Shown in pieces: positions 16,253 to 32,880 of a stretch of DNA of 64,000 nt (positions within the stretch are counted from its first letter, which is position 1; each line of letters opens with the position of its first letter). Origin of the DNA: the human T2T-CHM13v2.0 reference genome, Homo sapiens; NCBI RefSeq assembly GCF_009914755.1, contig NC_060930.1; one strand, written 5' to 3'. The notes beneath the pieces were generated by a model that was not told where the DNA came from, made no database searches, and saw only the letters and a list, made by a program, of their open reading frames with translations. The position numbers were made by a program, and so were the translations under genes.

Positions 16253-17139
16253 CTAGATTCTGTCTCAAAAAAAAAGGAAAAGGAAAAAGAAAAATCAATA
16301 GCTATATTTAATTTTGACACAGGTCATTTTATCCCTCTGCTTTACTGGTATTTGAAAACCAATCACAAAAGTTTAAGGATATCCCATTAATTTCCCAGAC
16401 AGAGTGAATTATATAACAAGATTAGATTAGATTAAAACAGTGGTATTCAAAAACATCTGAACTCAGGAATTTTCGTGGGGAACAAATCACCACTTATATT
16501 TTATCCATATAATTTTTATCCTGTTTTAAAATTGATGTATGACTTTATAATATTTTTCTACTGTAACATTTGTGTCAGTCGCGATAACTGTGTTTTATCC
16601 ACAAGGATAATAAATACTCTAAAGAATTTCTTTATAGTATTTCCTACTTAATAGAAAATAAGTATCACTACAAGAAAAAGCAGTCTTAATTTTTATTTAT
16701 TAGAAAAGGTTTTATTATATTATTTATGTAAATAATGATAAATACAACATTTAAACTATAACATATTTGATAGTCTTAGCAGCATAGTCTTTTTGTAACA
16801 TAAGGGTCCCCCTAAAGCATTCCAATTTAAAATTTTCCTCAAAGCAAAAAGCTCTATGACTTAATTCTGAGGATTGACACTTCAACTGGGTAACATGTCA
16901 AATGAATTAGAGAAAGTGGGAAAAGAGAGAATAAGAGTAGTGATGGGGAATTAAGGTTAAATAGTTTTAAAATTAAAATTAAATATTTGTTAAATTAAAA
17001 TTAAATTAAATATTTTTAGAAACTAAAGTGAAAGGGGCTTCCATGGATTCATGATGATAAAGTGAATGAATTAGAATAATGTTCTTAACCATTCTTAAGT
17101 TTACAAGTATTTTTAAGAGGGTGGGGACAGTAGAAGTAT

Positions 17140-17455
17140 TTCCTGGTCGAGGCAAATGTGGTTCCTGGACCAATAGCATCAACGTCCCCTGGGAATTGTT
17201 AGAATGCAAATCATCAGGCCCTATTCCAGACCTAGTGAACCAGAAACTGTGCAGTGGAGCCAGGAATCCTGATTTAACAAGCTCTACAGGTGATTCTAAA
17301 GCAGGATAAAGAGGAAAAACCATATTAGTAACACCTGGGAGATTTCAACACCAATGCCCAGGCCCAGGCTCAGATCAATTAAATCAGAATTTCTGGAAAC
17401 AGGGTTTTGGCATCAATATGGTTCTCAACGCTCCCAGTAGAGAACCATTGCCTTA
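17140..17455. mobile_element. MER5-family hAT MITE fragments (another at about 18640-18812)
   Basis: AGCATCAACGTCCCCTGGGAATTGTTAGAATGCAAAT...AATCAGAATTTCTGG...GGTGATTCT motifs. Confidence 0.65.
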
Positions 17456-19494
17456 GAGCGTACCTTTTCACCCCAGAGAAAAAAGCCAACTGGCTGAGTG
17501 CCAAAACTAACCCTCACTCAATGAATTAGTTGAATTCTGCATTTGTTTGTTTTACTTCTTTTTACAATGAAAGTTTTTCCTAAAAGAAGTGTGAAACCAC
17601 AAGCTGAGTACAATCAGTCAAGGTTGATTAATTCCACTTAAACCATTAACACCCTTGTCAGCAGATCAGAACCCTGAGGAAATAGGGACCCTACAGTTTA
17701 ATTTGTGTTTACATGGCAAGGGGGAAGGAGGGTGACTATCCTAACCCGTAGGGCACAATGAGGACACCTCAACCGCCAAGAATCTGGCGAAAGGGCCACG
17801 GCCCTAGTGAGAGAGAAGTTGGGGAGAATCCTACCAATGGAATACAGGCAGGCCCAGACAGGAGTTTAAAAGAACAGAAAAGAGGATGTAGTGTCACAGA
17901 CAAATTTCACTTGCATCAGTCAGAGTTTACCTGAGGCCAGTCTTGTATAGCCAAATGGAGATTAGTAAGAAAGAAAGATAAATTATCTCTGAAATTATTT
18001 TGCAAAATAGTGGGAAAATTTTTTAAATTTGCTGACATTAAATGTACATGCAAATTTTTAGCAAGGTTGTGCCTAATCACCACCATGAAAACTTCTTTGG
18101 AATATGAGCCTTGGTGTTTACCAGTAGGGAAATGACAGGTTGTTCAAAAGGAAATGTTTCCCAAGTTCTGGTTGGAAGCTGGCATCAGAGAAAGAGGGAA
18201 ATCTAGAACTGTTCTTAGTTTCTCTAGCAACAAGATTTCAAAAAATTGTACTGAAAGTTCAGTGAACATTGTTACAGGGATTTCCATTCTTCATAAAAAG
18301 AATAAACTTGCAAAAACTGAGACTGAATGATTTAGCAATTGAATTATAAAAGATCAATGTTGGATATTCTGTGTTTTAAAACATAATAAAAATTAGATTA
18401 GTTTAATTTGAATTCGAGACACTAAGTGATAAAGTTACATGTTCAGTATTTGAAGCTGTAGCTTTGCATAAGCAATAAATAATTAATAGGATTTTGAAAC
18501 TTGGTCCAAGCATATAAAATAGTGCAAATACCAAGAAATAGCATGCAAAAAGAAAAAAAGAAGTTGAGATTGCAAAAGAGATTTTCTTATTTTTTAAGAT
18601 AGCATGAAAATGTGCTTTAGTTTTTGCCTACAATAGTTCAAAACATTTAGCTGTCCCAGAATCACATGGAAGGCTTGTTAAAACACAGACTGATGGGCCC
18701 CACCTCCAGAGTTCTGATTCCAGAGGTCTGAAGTCCAAGCCAATTTTGCATTTCTAACAAGTTCTTTGGTGATGCTGATGATACTAGGTGTGGGAACCGC
18801 ATTTTGAGAAGTAATAATATTTATTTATTTATTTATTTTTATTTTTGAGATGGAGTCTCACTCTGTCACCCAGGCTGCAGTGCAGTGGTGCAATCTCAGC
18901 TCACTGTAACCTCCTCCTCTTTGGTTGAAGCAATTCTCCTGCCTCAGCTTCCCACATAGCTGGGATTACAGGTGTGCGCCACCATACCCGGCTAATTTGT
19001 GTTTTTTTAGTAGAGTAGAGGTTTCACCATGTTGGCCCATGCTGATCTTGAACTCCTGACCTAAGGTGGTCCACCCACCTTGGCTTCCCAAAGTACTGGG
19101 ATTACAGTCATGAGCCACCGTGCCTGGCCTGTAAAGTACTGATTTAGAATAATGAATAAATTCTAACCTGTAGAATTTGTTTAAAATTACATAACATGTA
19201 ATATTAACAAAGAGATAAAGAGTAATTCAATAAGTATACTTGATCTACCACCTAACCTGAAGGATTAAACATTACAATGCAGTTAAAATCCTCTGTATCT
19301 CCCTCCAGGATTCCATCCCACTTCCAACCTCAACCATAGGGGTACTCACTATCCTTCATGTTTAATCATTATTCTTTATGGTTTGCAAATCAACAAGGAA
19401 CAGGAAATCTAAAAGAAAATAGGCAAAGGATGGCCAGGTGTGTTGGCTCACTCCTGTAATCCCAGCACTTTGGGAGGCTGAGGCAGGCAGATCA

Positions 19495-19763
<269 letters not shown>

Positions 19764-20190
19764 TCAGCAAATGTGTGAAGATATGTTTAAACTTAATAAT
19801 CAGAGGTATACACATTTTTAAAAAATAATACAGTGACATAACCCTTTAGATCCATTAATGGACAAACATTGGAAAGTTGGATAATGCCAAGTGTTGGAGG
19901 GTTTGGGGGTGGGAGTAATAGGAATGTTCATGACTGTTGGTGGACACTGATACAGCCATCCAGAAGACAATCTAGAGTTTCTTGGTCAAATCAATATAGC
20001 TATGCACCATGCCCCTGCACTTTAGCTCCTGGGTATCCATCCCTAAGACATTTTGAACATCCAAAAGGAGACAAGTTTGAGGATGATGATGGAATCTGGT
20101 GTGCATGGTTGGAGAGTGAATAAACAAAATGTGGTAGATGCACTTACTCCTTGAACAACCTACCACCCAGCCACTAGAAAAGGCAGGAGC

Positions 20191-20280
20191 CCAGATGTAT
20201 ATAGAATCATAGATAGATCTTAAAATCCAGTCCTTAAAATCCAGATGTGTATAGAATCATAGATAGATCTGAAAATCCAG
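20191..20280. repeat. Local 40-bp direct duplication with 50-bp period
   Basis: CCAGATGT(A/G)TATAGAATCATAGATAGATCT(T/G)AAAATCCAG at 20191-20230 and 20241-20280. Confidence 0.95.
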
Positions 20281-20944
20281 GCACAATGGGTCACACCTGT
20301 AATCCCAGCACTTTGGGAGGCTGAGGCAGGCAGATTGCTTGAGGTCAGGAGTTTGAGACCAGCCTGATCAACATGGTGAAACCCCGTCTCTACTGAAAGT
20401 ACAAAAATTAGCCGGGTGTGGTGGTGCATGCCTGTAATCCCAGCTACTCAAGAGGCTGAGGCATGAGAATCCCTTGAACCCAGGAGGCGGAGGTTGCAGT
20501 AAGCCAAGATTGCTCCACTCACTGCACTCCAGCCTGAGTGACAGATAGAGACCCTGTATCACAAATGAAAAAAGAAAAGAAAAAAGAAAAAAGTTAGATG
20601 AAAATGAGATTTCTATCACAATACCATTTATGTAAGTTAAAATGCATGCACACAAAACAGGATGCATATTAAACACATCAGAATGGTTATGAGGGTGGCG
20701 GGGAGACGTAGAAATAGCAAATAGGACCCCGTCTCTACTAGGACCAAAATGGTGAAACGCCATCTCTGCTGAAAATACAAAAAAAAAAAATAGCCGGTCT
20801 TGGTGGCGGTCACCTATAATCCCAACTACTCGGGAGGCTGAGGTAGGAGAATCACTAGAACCCCGGGGGCGGAGGTTGCAGTGAGCCAAGATCACGCCAG
20901 TGCACTCCAGCCTGGGTGACAGAGCAAGACTCTGTCAAAAAAAA

Positions 20945-21005
20945 GGAAGGAGGGAAGGAAGAAAGGAAGGAAGGAAGGAAGGAAGGAAGGGAGGGAAAGA
21001 AAGAA
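20945..21005. repeat. (GGAA)n polypurine repeat
   Basis: Direct reading; derived from an Alu tail. Confidence 0.95.
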
Positions 21006-21374
21006 ATCCTCACAGAATGAATAGTGTGCCCTAAACTAAGGAGTATAATTAACTCAACCTGAGCTCTATATAGTTTAAAAGAAATCTGCATCTCATCCTA
21101 GAAGAGAGAAAACAATCAAAGCAGGTTTTCTTCTTCCATTACTAGTATCAATATCTCCCATTGCCTCCCTCTTAGCCTCCCTCTTAGCCAGGTATCTTAG
21201 CTAGATTCCCATTCTCTTTGGATAATTTTGCTAAGGAAAGGTTTGGGAGGTCAAGGCGGGTGGATCATGAGGTCAGGAGTTCAAGAGCAGCCTGGCCAAC
21301 ATAGTGAAACCCCTCTCTACTAAAAAAACAAAAAAATAGCCAGGCATAGTGGCAGGTGCCTATAATTCCAGCTA

Positions 21375-21503
<129 letters not shown>

Positions 21504-21931
21504 CTAGCACTAATAAAGGAATATCAGATTTTAGGACTGATATTTCCAACCTCTTTGCATTCATCTATCACCCCTTGATTGATGAACTTACCATATATTT
21601 CACCAAGCAATTAGAAGCAATCAGAAGGGCAAGCCCCTACTGTCTCCATCCAACTCCATTAAAAAAGATGCATTTATTAATAGATTTACCATCTCTTCCT
21701 ACTACTGTGAAATGTCACTACTGCCTTCTGAAAGCCAACCTCCTTACACCCTTAATGGCTTCACCCCTGTTTCTCTTTCACATCATCAATATTTCCCTCT
21801 GTACTATGTCATTTCCATCCAGCTTACAACCATTTCCTGGTGTCTCCCATCTTTTTCTGCCATTTTAAAATATACTGGTAAATACACATAACTTTTTTAC
21901 ATAGAATTTCCTCCATGTTTTAAAAACTCTC

Positions 21932-21953
21932 ATTTGGTGGATAAAGAAACTGT

Positions 21954-21999
<46 letters not shown>

Positions 22000-22371
22000 C
22001 ATACACAATGGAATACTACTCAGCCATAAAAAGGAATAAATTAATGGCATTCACAGCAACCTGGATGACATTGGAGAATACTAGTCTAAGTGAAGTAACT
22101 CAGGAATGGGAAACCAAACATCGTATGTTCTCACTCATAAGTGGGAGCTAAGCTATGAGGATGCAAAGGCATAGGAATGACACAATGGACTTTGGGGGAC
22201 TCAGGGGGAAAGGGTGGGAAGAGGGTGAGGGATGAAAGACTACAAATTGAGTGCAGTGTATACTGCTCGGGTGATGGGTGCACCAAAATCTCACAAATCA
22301 CCACTAAGGAAATTACTCATGTAACCAAACACCACCTGTTCCCCAATAACCTATGGAAATAAAAAAAAAAA
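21932..22371 (+). mobile_element. L1PB 3' end with internal (TG)n
   Basis: L1PB-type 3' UTR ending CCTATGGAAATAAAAA; TSD AAAAACTCTC at 21922 and 22367. Confidence 0.85.
21955..21996. repeat. (TG)n microsatellite
   Basis: About 20 TG units. Confidence 0.97.
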
Positions 22372-24139
22372 CTCTCCTTTGAACTCAAAAACTACTAAAT
22401 CTGACTTAATAATCTACTGCCTTTCCAAGTCACAGCAAAACTTTTCAAGAGTCCAACCTCTCCATATTCCTTCTTCCCATGTTGCCTCTCTCCAATCTCT
22501 CTTCAGTTCAGTTTTTGCCCCAAGACTCAATGATCTAACCTTATTCCATTTAATTTCTCCTTGGCGCTTCACATAGTTGACCAGTTTTCTCCTTGACTCA
22601 GTTTTCACTGACCTGACACTCGCTGGTTTGTCTTCCTTCACCGACTGCTTTTTTGAAATCTCCTTTGCCAACCTCTCCGCTGACCTCTACCTATTAAATC
22701 CACACTTCTTCACAAATCCTACATCCTTTCCATTGCTCTATATGCAAAATACATCCCATATTATCACCACCTCCACCCCTACCTGATTCATCCAAGCCAT
22801 GATCATGTCTCCTAAACTACTGCTCTAGCCTCTTATGTCGTGTTCCTAACCCTTGCAAACCATTCTCCATAAAACAGCCAGAAGCATCCTTTTATTTTTA
22901 TCTTCTTGAACTTGCAAACTACAAATTTAGAATAGTATAATGAGTTCCACTACCCATCACAACATTAATTAACATATGGCCAATCTTTTTTCAACTATAT
23001 CCCCCACTGCACCTTCTCCTGGCTGGATTATTTTAAAACAAAGCTGTGACATCATTTCATTCACAAATTAGAGTGCTCCTTTGAAGCATAAGCCAGTCAT
23101 GTGCTAGGGTGTCTCATGTCTCAGTTTGCCAGACTTGTCCCTGTTTTAAAACTGAAAGTTCCTTATCCCAGGAAACCCCTCAGTCCCAGGCATTCTGTGA
23201 TCATTCAGACGTCAACTAAAATGAACCCTCCTCAGGGAAGATCTGAAAACTTATTTTTCTTTCTTTCAATTATATCATCCTGCAGGTTTCCTTCTTGGCA
23301 CCTTTCAAAAGTTGCAATAGTCATATTGAAATATTTGGGTCTTGTTTACTGTCTAATCCTCCCACTAAAGTGTAAATTATAAGCTCTTTATGAAAAGGGA
23401 TATTATCTAACTTATTCACCATTTTGTCTTGTACTGAGAACAGTATCTGACAGGAAGAATAATAATTGTTCATTGAATAAATGCATCTATGTATTCATAA
23501 GGCAGAGTGTTGATGATTGAATGTGAGGAAGGATATATCACATGAACATGGAAAGAAGGTTGTGACCTACACACTGTGCCCATTCATCCAATTGGTTCCC
23601 CAGTCAAGAGCCCAATATTTGAGAAATAAACCCTAATCTTTACTGAAAGACCTGGGGCAAATCATGTAATGCCTCCTAAGTCAAGTGAAACTTATAATGA
23701 CATTCTCCTATCTGCCTCTAGCTTAATTTCTAGCAACTTTCTACCCAGCTCACAGTGTAATAAGAGTTTCTTTTAGATCCCCAAACAAAGTAGATTTCAT
23801 TTTACTCTTCGTGTTTATTTGTACACAAAAGCATTGATAGTCCCTTGTTATTCTGTTTTTAAGAGTTGTTTATAAAGTTTTTTTACAGATATAAAGAAAT
23901 GGAGTAGTCCAGAGTTTAATGAACTTTCAGATTTCAACCATTCATTTCCTTCACCACATTGTAATTCTCCGCCCCCAACCCCGTATTTCATGTAGAGGAG
24001 TTTCCTTTTCTGCCTATGAGCTGGTATGCCCTAATTCTACTTACAATGGTGGGGAGTAAAGACTACCAGACACTGTGCCTCAGACAGTTGTCCGGAGGGC
24101 TTTACCACAAATCATCTTAGTTTTCTAAACATTCTTTGA

Positions 24140-27744
<3,605 letters not shown>

Positions 27745-28579
27745 CAGGGGGGGATTTGTTAATGCTACACAGACCCCAGATTTAGTTCTCCACCTTTGTT
27801 CTTGCACTTTCCAACACTTATTTATTTAAAAACCACAAATTTGATTTAAGGCTTTCTTGCTTAAAACCCTTAAAGTTCCCCATTATCTCACCATTTCATA
27901 TTCCCTAGTATGGAATATAAATTCTTTCACAATCAGGAACTTGTTTAATTCCCTCTAGGGATTCCCTGTTTCTTTTCTGCCCACATCCCCCATATTCCAA
28001 AACCCACTACTCATCCACAACTCAGCTCCGAGGTCATAACCTCTTCATGAAAGCCTTTTTTGAATCCTAGGTCTCAGTTAGATGACCCTCTCTGATTTCC
28101 CTTAGCACTTTTTATTTTCCCTACTATAACACTTTCTGCATTACTGTTATTTATCTGTTATAATCTGAAGCCAGGCTTTGAATCCAGATTCAAATTATTT
28201 GTTGTGTGACATAACTTTTCTGTACCTCAGTTTCCTCATCTGCAATGTAAAGAAAATCACAATATCTACCTCATGGGTTTGTTGTGAGGATAAAATGAAT
28301 TTATACGTAGAACAGGCTTAGAACGGCACTAGGCAAGCACTTTAAACTGTTTGCTACTCACAGCAGTATTTATATGTCCTTATGCCACATTCCTACATAG
28401 GTGCTCTCAGTTTTCTTGTTTGTCTCCATCGTAGCAGCCTGTGAGCTATGTAGAGCCTGTGACCATGTCCTGTTTTTCCTTCTATTCCTCTCTCCAAGCA
28501 CAGCTCAGGGTACCAGGGTACATGGTAGAAATTCAGAAAAGGTTTATTGAGTTAATGTAAACACAACCCTGATTTAATT

Positions 28580-29452
28580 TTTCAAGGAAAATTTGTTCTA
28601 TTTTAATTATTTTTATGTACAGAAAACTCAACAGTGTACATTTAACCCAGCTTAGTTGCAAGTTCTTGAGCCTTTGCCTTTTTGAGCTTGCCAATGCAAG
28701 CCACAGACTTGGGACCCAGGACATTGCCTCCCCAGTGACGGCGGATCTCATTGTATCTGTCATTGTAGTCAGTCCTGATAGCTCCCACTAGCTTAGCCAA
28801 AGCGCCTTTGTCTTCTGAGTTAACCTGTATGAAGGCGACAGTGGTGCAGGTCTTCCTGTGGACTAGACGTCCCAGTCTTGCCTCCCCCTTGATAATGCAG
28901 TAAGGGACCCGCATTTTATGACACAGGGCAGGCAAGAAGACAACCAGCTCGATGGGATCCACGTCGTGTGCAATCACCACCGGCTGAGCTTTCTTATTCT
29001 CTAGCAAGGTGGTGATGGTGTTAACTCCTGCTCGAAGGACAGGTGGTCTCTTAGTGGGGATGCCCCCTTTGCCAGCAGCTTTCTTTTTGGCCAGGGCCAA
29101 CAGCCTCTGTTTCTTCTCTTGCTTAGTCTCTGATCTGTACTTGTGGGCCAGCTGAAGTAGCAGAGCAGCTGTTTGGTGGTCCAGGGCCTGGGTGAACTGG
29201 TTAATCTCAGGAGGCACTTTCAGCCACTTACAGAGGATGGCTCTCTGCCGCTGCAACCTGATATAGTGGGGGCCATTTCACAAAGCTGGTTAGGTCTCTT
29301 TTGGGCTGAATGTCCTGTCCAATGTCAAAATTCTTAGGCCGTTTCTCAAACAGGGGATTCACCACTTTCTTAACCTCCTGCTTCTTCACGACAGCAGGGC
29401 CGGAGCCACCTTCTTTCCCTTGGCCTTCTTTCCTTTCGGCAGGAGGAGAGAG
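28580..29452 (-). pseudogene. RPL7AP34: Full-length processed pseudogene of ribosomal protein L7a (RPL7A; probably RPL7AP34)
   Basis: Intronless [14 protein letters not shown]...[15 protein letters not shown]...[16 protein letters not shown]...ELATKLG*. It retains the 5' TOP pyrimidine tract and 3' UTR but has lost the ATG and has frameshifts near 29398 and 29270. TSD CCTGATTTAATT at 28568-28579 and 29453-29464. The symbol number is from recall. Confidence 0.95.
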
Positions 29453-29524
29453 CCTGATTTAATTATTTTTAAAGGTGATAAATGTTGACAAGATTTGAAG
29501 TTTTTTTTTTTAAAGAAAACCTTT

Positions 29525-30060
29525 ATGTGATATATATACACAATGGAATACTAATTATCCATACAAAAATGGAATCCTGTCATTGGCAGTAACACGGATA
29601 GAACTGGAGGACATTATGTTAAGTGAAAGAAGGCAGGAACCTAAAGTTAAACACAGATTGTTCTCACTCATATGTGGAAGCTAAAAAAAAAAGTTGATCT
29701 TATAGAAGTAAAAAGTAGAACAGGGTATACTAGAGGCTTGGAAGGGTAGAGGGAAGAGGAAAATAGGGAGAGATTTGTTAAAGAATACAAAATTGCAACT
29801 ACATAGGAATAAATTATAGTGTTCTGTAGCATTGTAAGATGCCTATAGTTAACAATAATATTCAGTTTCAAATTGCTAGAAGGAGGATATTGAATGTTCA
29901 CAACATAAAGAAGTGATAAATGTTTGAGATGAGGAACACACTAATTACTCTGATCTAATTAATCACTATATGTTATACGTGTCATATCACTATGTACTCC
30001 ATAATATGTGCAATTATTATGTGTCAACTTGAAACGTTTAAACAGATAAATTTTAAAAGA
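29525..30060 (+). mobile_element. L1MA 3' fragment
   Basis: CACAATGGAATACT...GAACTGGAGGACATTATGTTAAGTGAAA...GTTCTCACTCATATGTGGAAGCTAAAA. Confidence 0.8.
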
Positions 30061-30096
30061 AAAACTTTAAAACTGAGAAATGTGAGCCAAACTAGA

Positions 30097-30433
30097 TAAT
30101 CCTCAGTGATTGGTTTTTTAATCTACATAATAGATTCAAAACAAAATGCTTCATGAGCCCCTCCCTGGATTGCAATTAATGGCAGTGTGAAAAAAAGATT
30201 ATGTGATTAATCAGAGATAATGTAATCAACCAGGGCAGTGTGCCCGCCCTCTCTTTCTGGAGTATAAAAGGAGTTGTGAGAGGCTTGGGTCACCATTTGG
30301 TGAGCTGCGGGTGAAGCTACAAAGGTTGAAGCGTTCTTCAGACGACTCTACCTGAGGGTGAAGCTACAAAAATTGAAGCGTTCTTCAGACGACTCTACCT
30401 GAAGAAAGAACCCTGCTACAGAGAGGGGTGAGT
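30097..30433 (+). promoter_or_regulatory. Candidate distal TATA promoter plus ATG-free first exon (about 30292-30427) with DUX4/paired-like homeodomain motifs
   Basis: TAATCC 30097, TGATTAATCA 30204-30213, TAATGTAATCA 30218-30228, GC box 30242-30249, TATAAAAG 30263-30270, donor GGG|GTGAGT 30427/30428. Confidence 0.55.
30309..30402 (+). repeat. 47-bp tandem duplication (2 copies, 45/47 identical)
   Basis: GGGTGAAGCTACAAA(GG/AA)TTGAAGCGTTCTTCAGACGACTCTACCTGA at 30309-30355 and 30356-30402. Confidence 0.97.
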
Positions 30434-30569
30434 AGGCCACACCAACTTTCATGATAAAGGGCCTGTAAGAGCTCCTCGAGCCTTGGTTCGGGTGCATATG
30501 TGATTAGGAGGTTTGTTTTTTAACATTTCTATAGTGATATTTGTTTTTGGTTGGTTGGTTGGTTGGTTT

Positions 30570-31299
<730 letters not shown>

Positions 31300-31476
31300 G
31301 CTGTGGGTAATTTGGGCAACAACAACAAAAAATAGAAAATAGAAAATAAAATGTCCACAATTCATACTGATTCACAAATAGTCACTATATGCATTTTCAC
31401 CTATTTCTTTCCAGGCTTTTTTCCTATGTACAAATATTTTGTCTCAAAACTAGGATTCTGTCATATTAAGTTCATT

Positions 31477-32880
31477 TTTTTTAATTATACTTTAAGTTCT
31501 AGGGTACATGTGCACAATGTGCAGGTTTGTTACATATGTATACATGTGCCATGTTGGTGTGCTGCACCCATTAACTTGTCGTTTACATTAGTTATATCTC
31601 CTAATGCTATCCCTCCCCCCTCCCCCTACCCCACAACAGGCCCCGGTGTGTGATGTTCCCCTTCCTGTGTCCATGTGTTCTCATTGTTCAATTCCCAATT
31701 CCCACCTATGAATGAGAACATGTGGTGTTTGGTTTTTGTCCCTGTGATAGTTTGCTGAGAATGATGGTTTCCAGCTTCATCCACGTCCCTACAAAGGACA
31801 TGAACTCATCATTTTTTATGGCTGCATAGTATTCCATGGTGTATATGTGCCACATTTTCTTAATCCAGTCTATCACTGATGGACATTTGGGTTGGTTCCA
31901 AGTCTTTGCTATTGTGAGTAGTGCCACAATAAACATACGTGTGCATGTGTCTTTATAGCAGCATGATTTATAATCCTTTGGGTGTATACCCAGTAATGGG
32001 ATGGCTGGGTCAAATGGTATTTCTAGTTCTAGATCCCTGAGGAATCGCCACACTGACTTCCACAATGGTTGAACTAGTTTACAGTCCCACCAACAGTGTA
32101 AAAGTGTTCCTATTTCTCCACATCCTCTCCAGCACCTGTTATTTCAATGATTGGCATTCTAACTGGTGTGAGATGGTATCTCATTGTGGTTTTTATTTGC
32201 ATTTCTCTGATGGCCAGTGATGGTGAGCATTTTTTCATGTGTTTTTTTGGCTGCATAAATGTCTTCTTTTGAGAAGTGTCTGTTCATGTCCTTTACCCAC
32301 TTTTTGATGGGGTTGTTTGTTTTTTTCTTGTAAATTTGTTTGAGTTCTTTGTAGATTCTAGATATTAGCCCTTTGTCAGATGAGTAGGTTGCAAAAATTT
32401 TCTCCCATTCTGTAGGTTGCCTGTTCACTCTGATGGTAGTTTCTTTTACTGTGCAGAAGCTCTTTAGTTTAATTAGATCCCATTTGTTAATTTTGGCTTT
32501 TGTTGCCATTGCTTTTGGTGTTTTAGACATGAAGTCCTTGCCCATGCCTATGTCCTGAATGGTATTGCCTAGGTTTTCTTCTAGGATTTTTATGGTTTTA
32601 GTTCTAACATTTAAGTCTTTAATCCATCTTGAATTAATTTTTGTATAAGGTGTAAGGAAGGGATCCAGTTTCAGCTTTCTACATATGGCTAGCCAGTTTT
32701 CCCAACACCATTTATTAAATAGGGAAACCTTTCCCCATTTCTTGTTTTTGTCAGGTTTGTCAAAGATCAGATGATTGTAGATGTGTGGTATTATTTCTGA
32801 GGGCTCTGTTCTGTATCTCTGTTTTGGTACCAGTACCGTGCTGTTTTGGTACTGTAGCCTTGTAGTATAGTTTGAAGTCC
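31477..32880 (-). mobile_element. 5'-truncated L1PA element (about 1.4 kb; ORF2 C-terminus plus 3' UTR)
   Basis: ORF2 fragments [32 protein letters not shown] and WRFLRDLELEIPFDPAIPLLG; L1PA 3' UTR; short TSD GTTCATT at 31470 and 32881. Confidence 0.96.

Noticed and set aside
28642-29256. 204-aa RPL7A-like ORF as a functional gene
   Set aside because: It starts at TTG, lacks the N-terminal 60 or so residues because of frameshifts and a lost ATG, and is intronless with TSDs: a processed pseudogene.
30309-30402. Hairpin-containing direct repeats resembling a CRISPR array
   Set aside because: Only two abutting copies, no spacer, no cas genes, in human DNA.
31706-32545. 119-aa and 128-aa ORFs
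   Set aside because: Fragments of L1 ORF2 in a 5'-truncated, frameshifted element.
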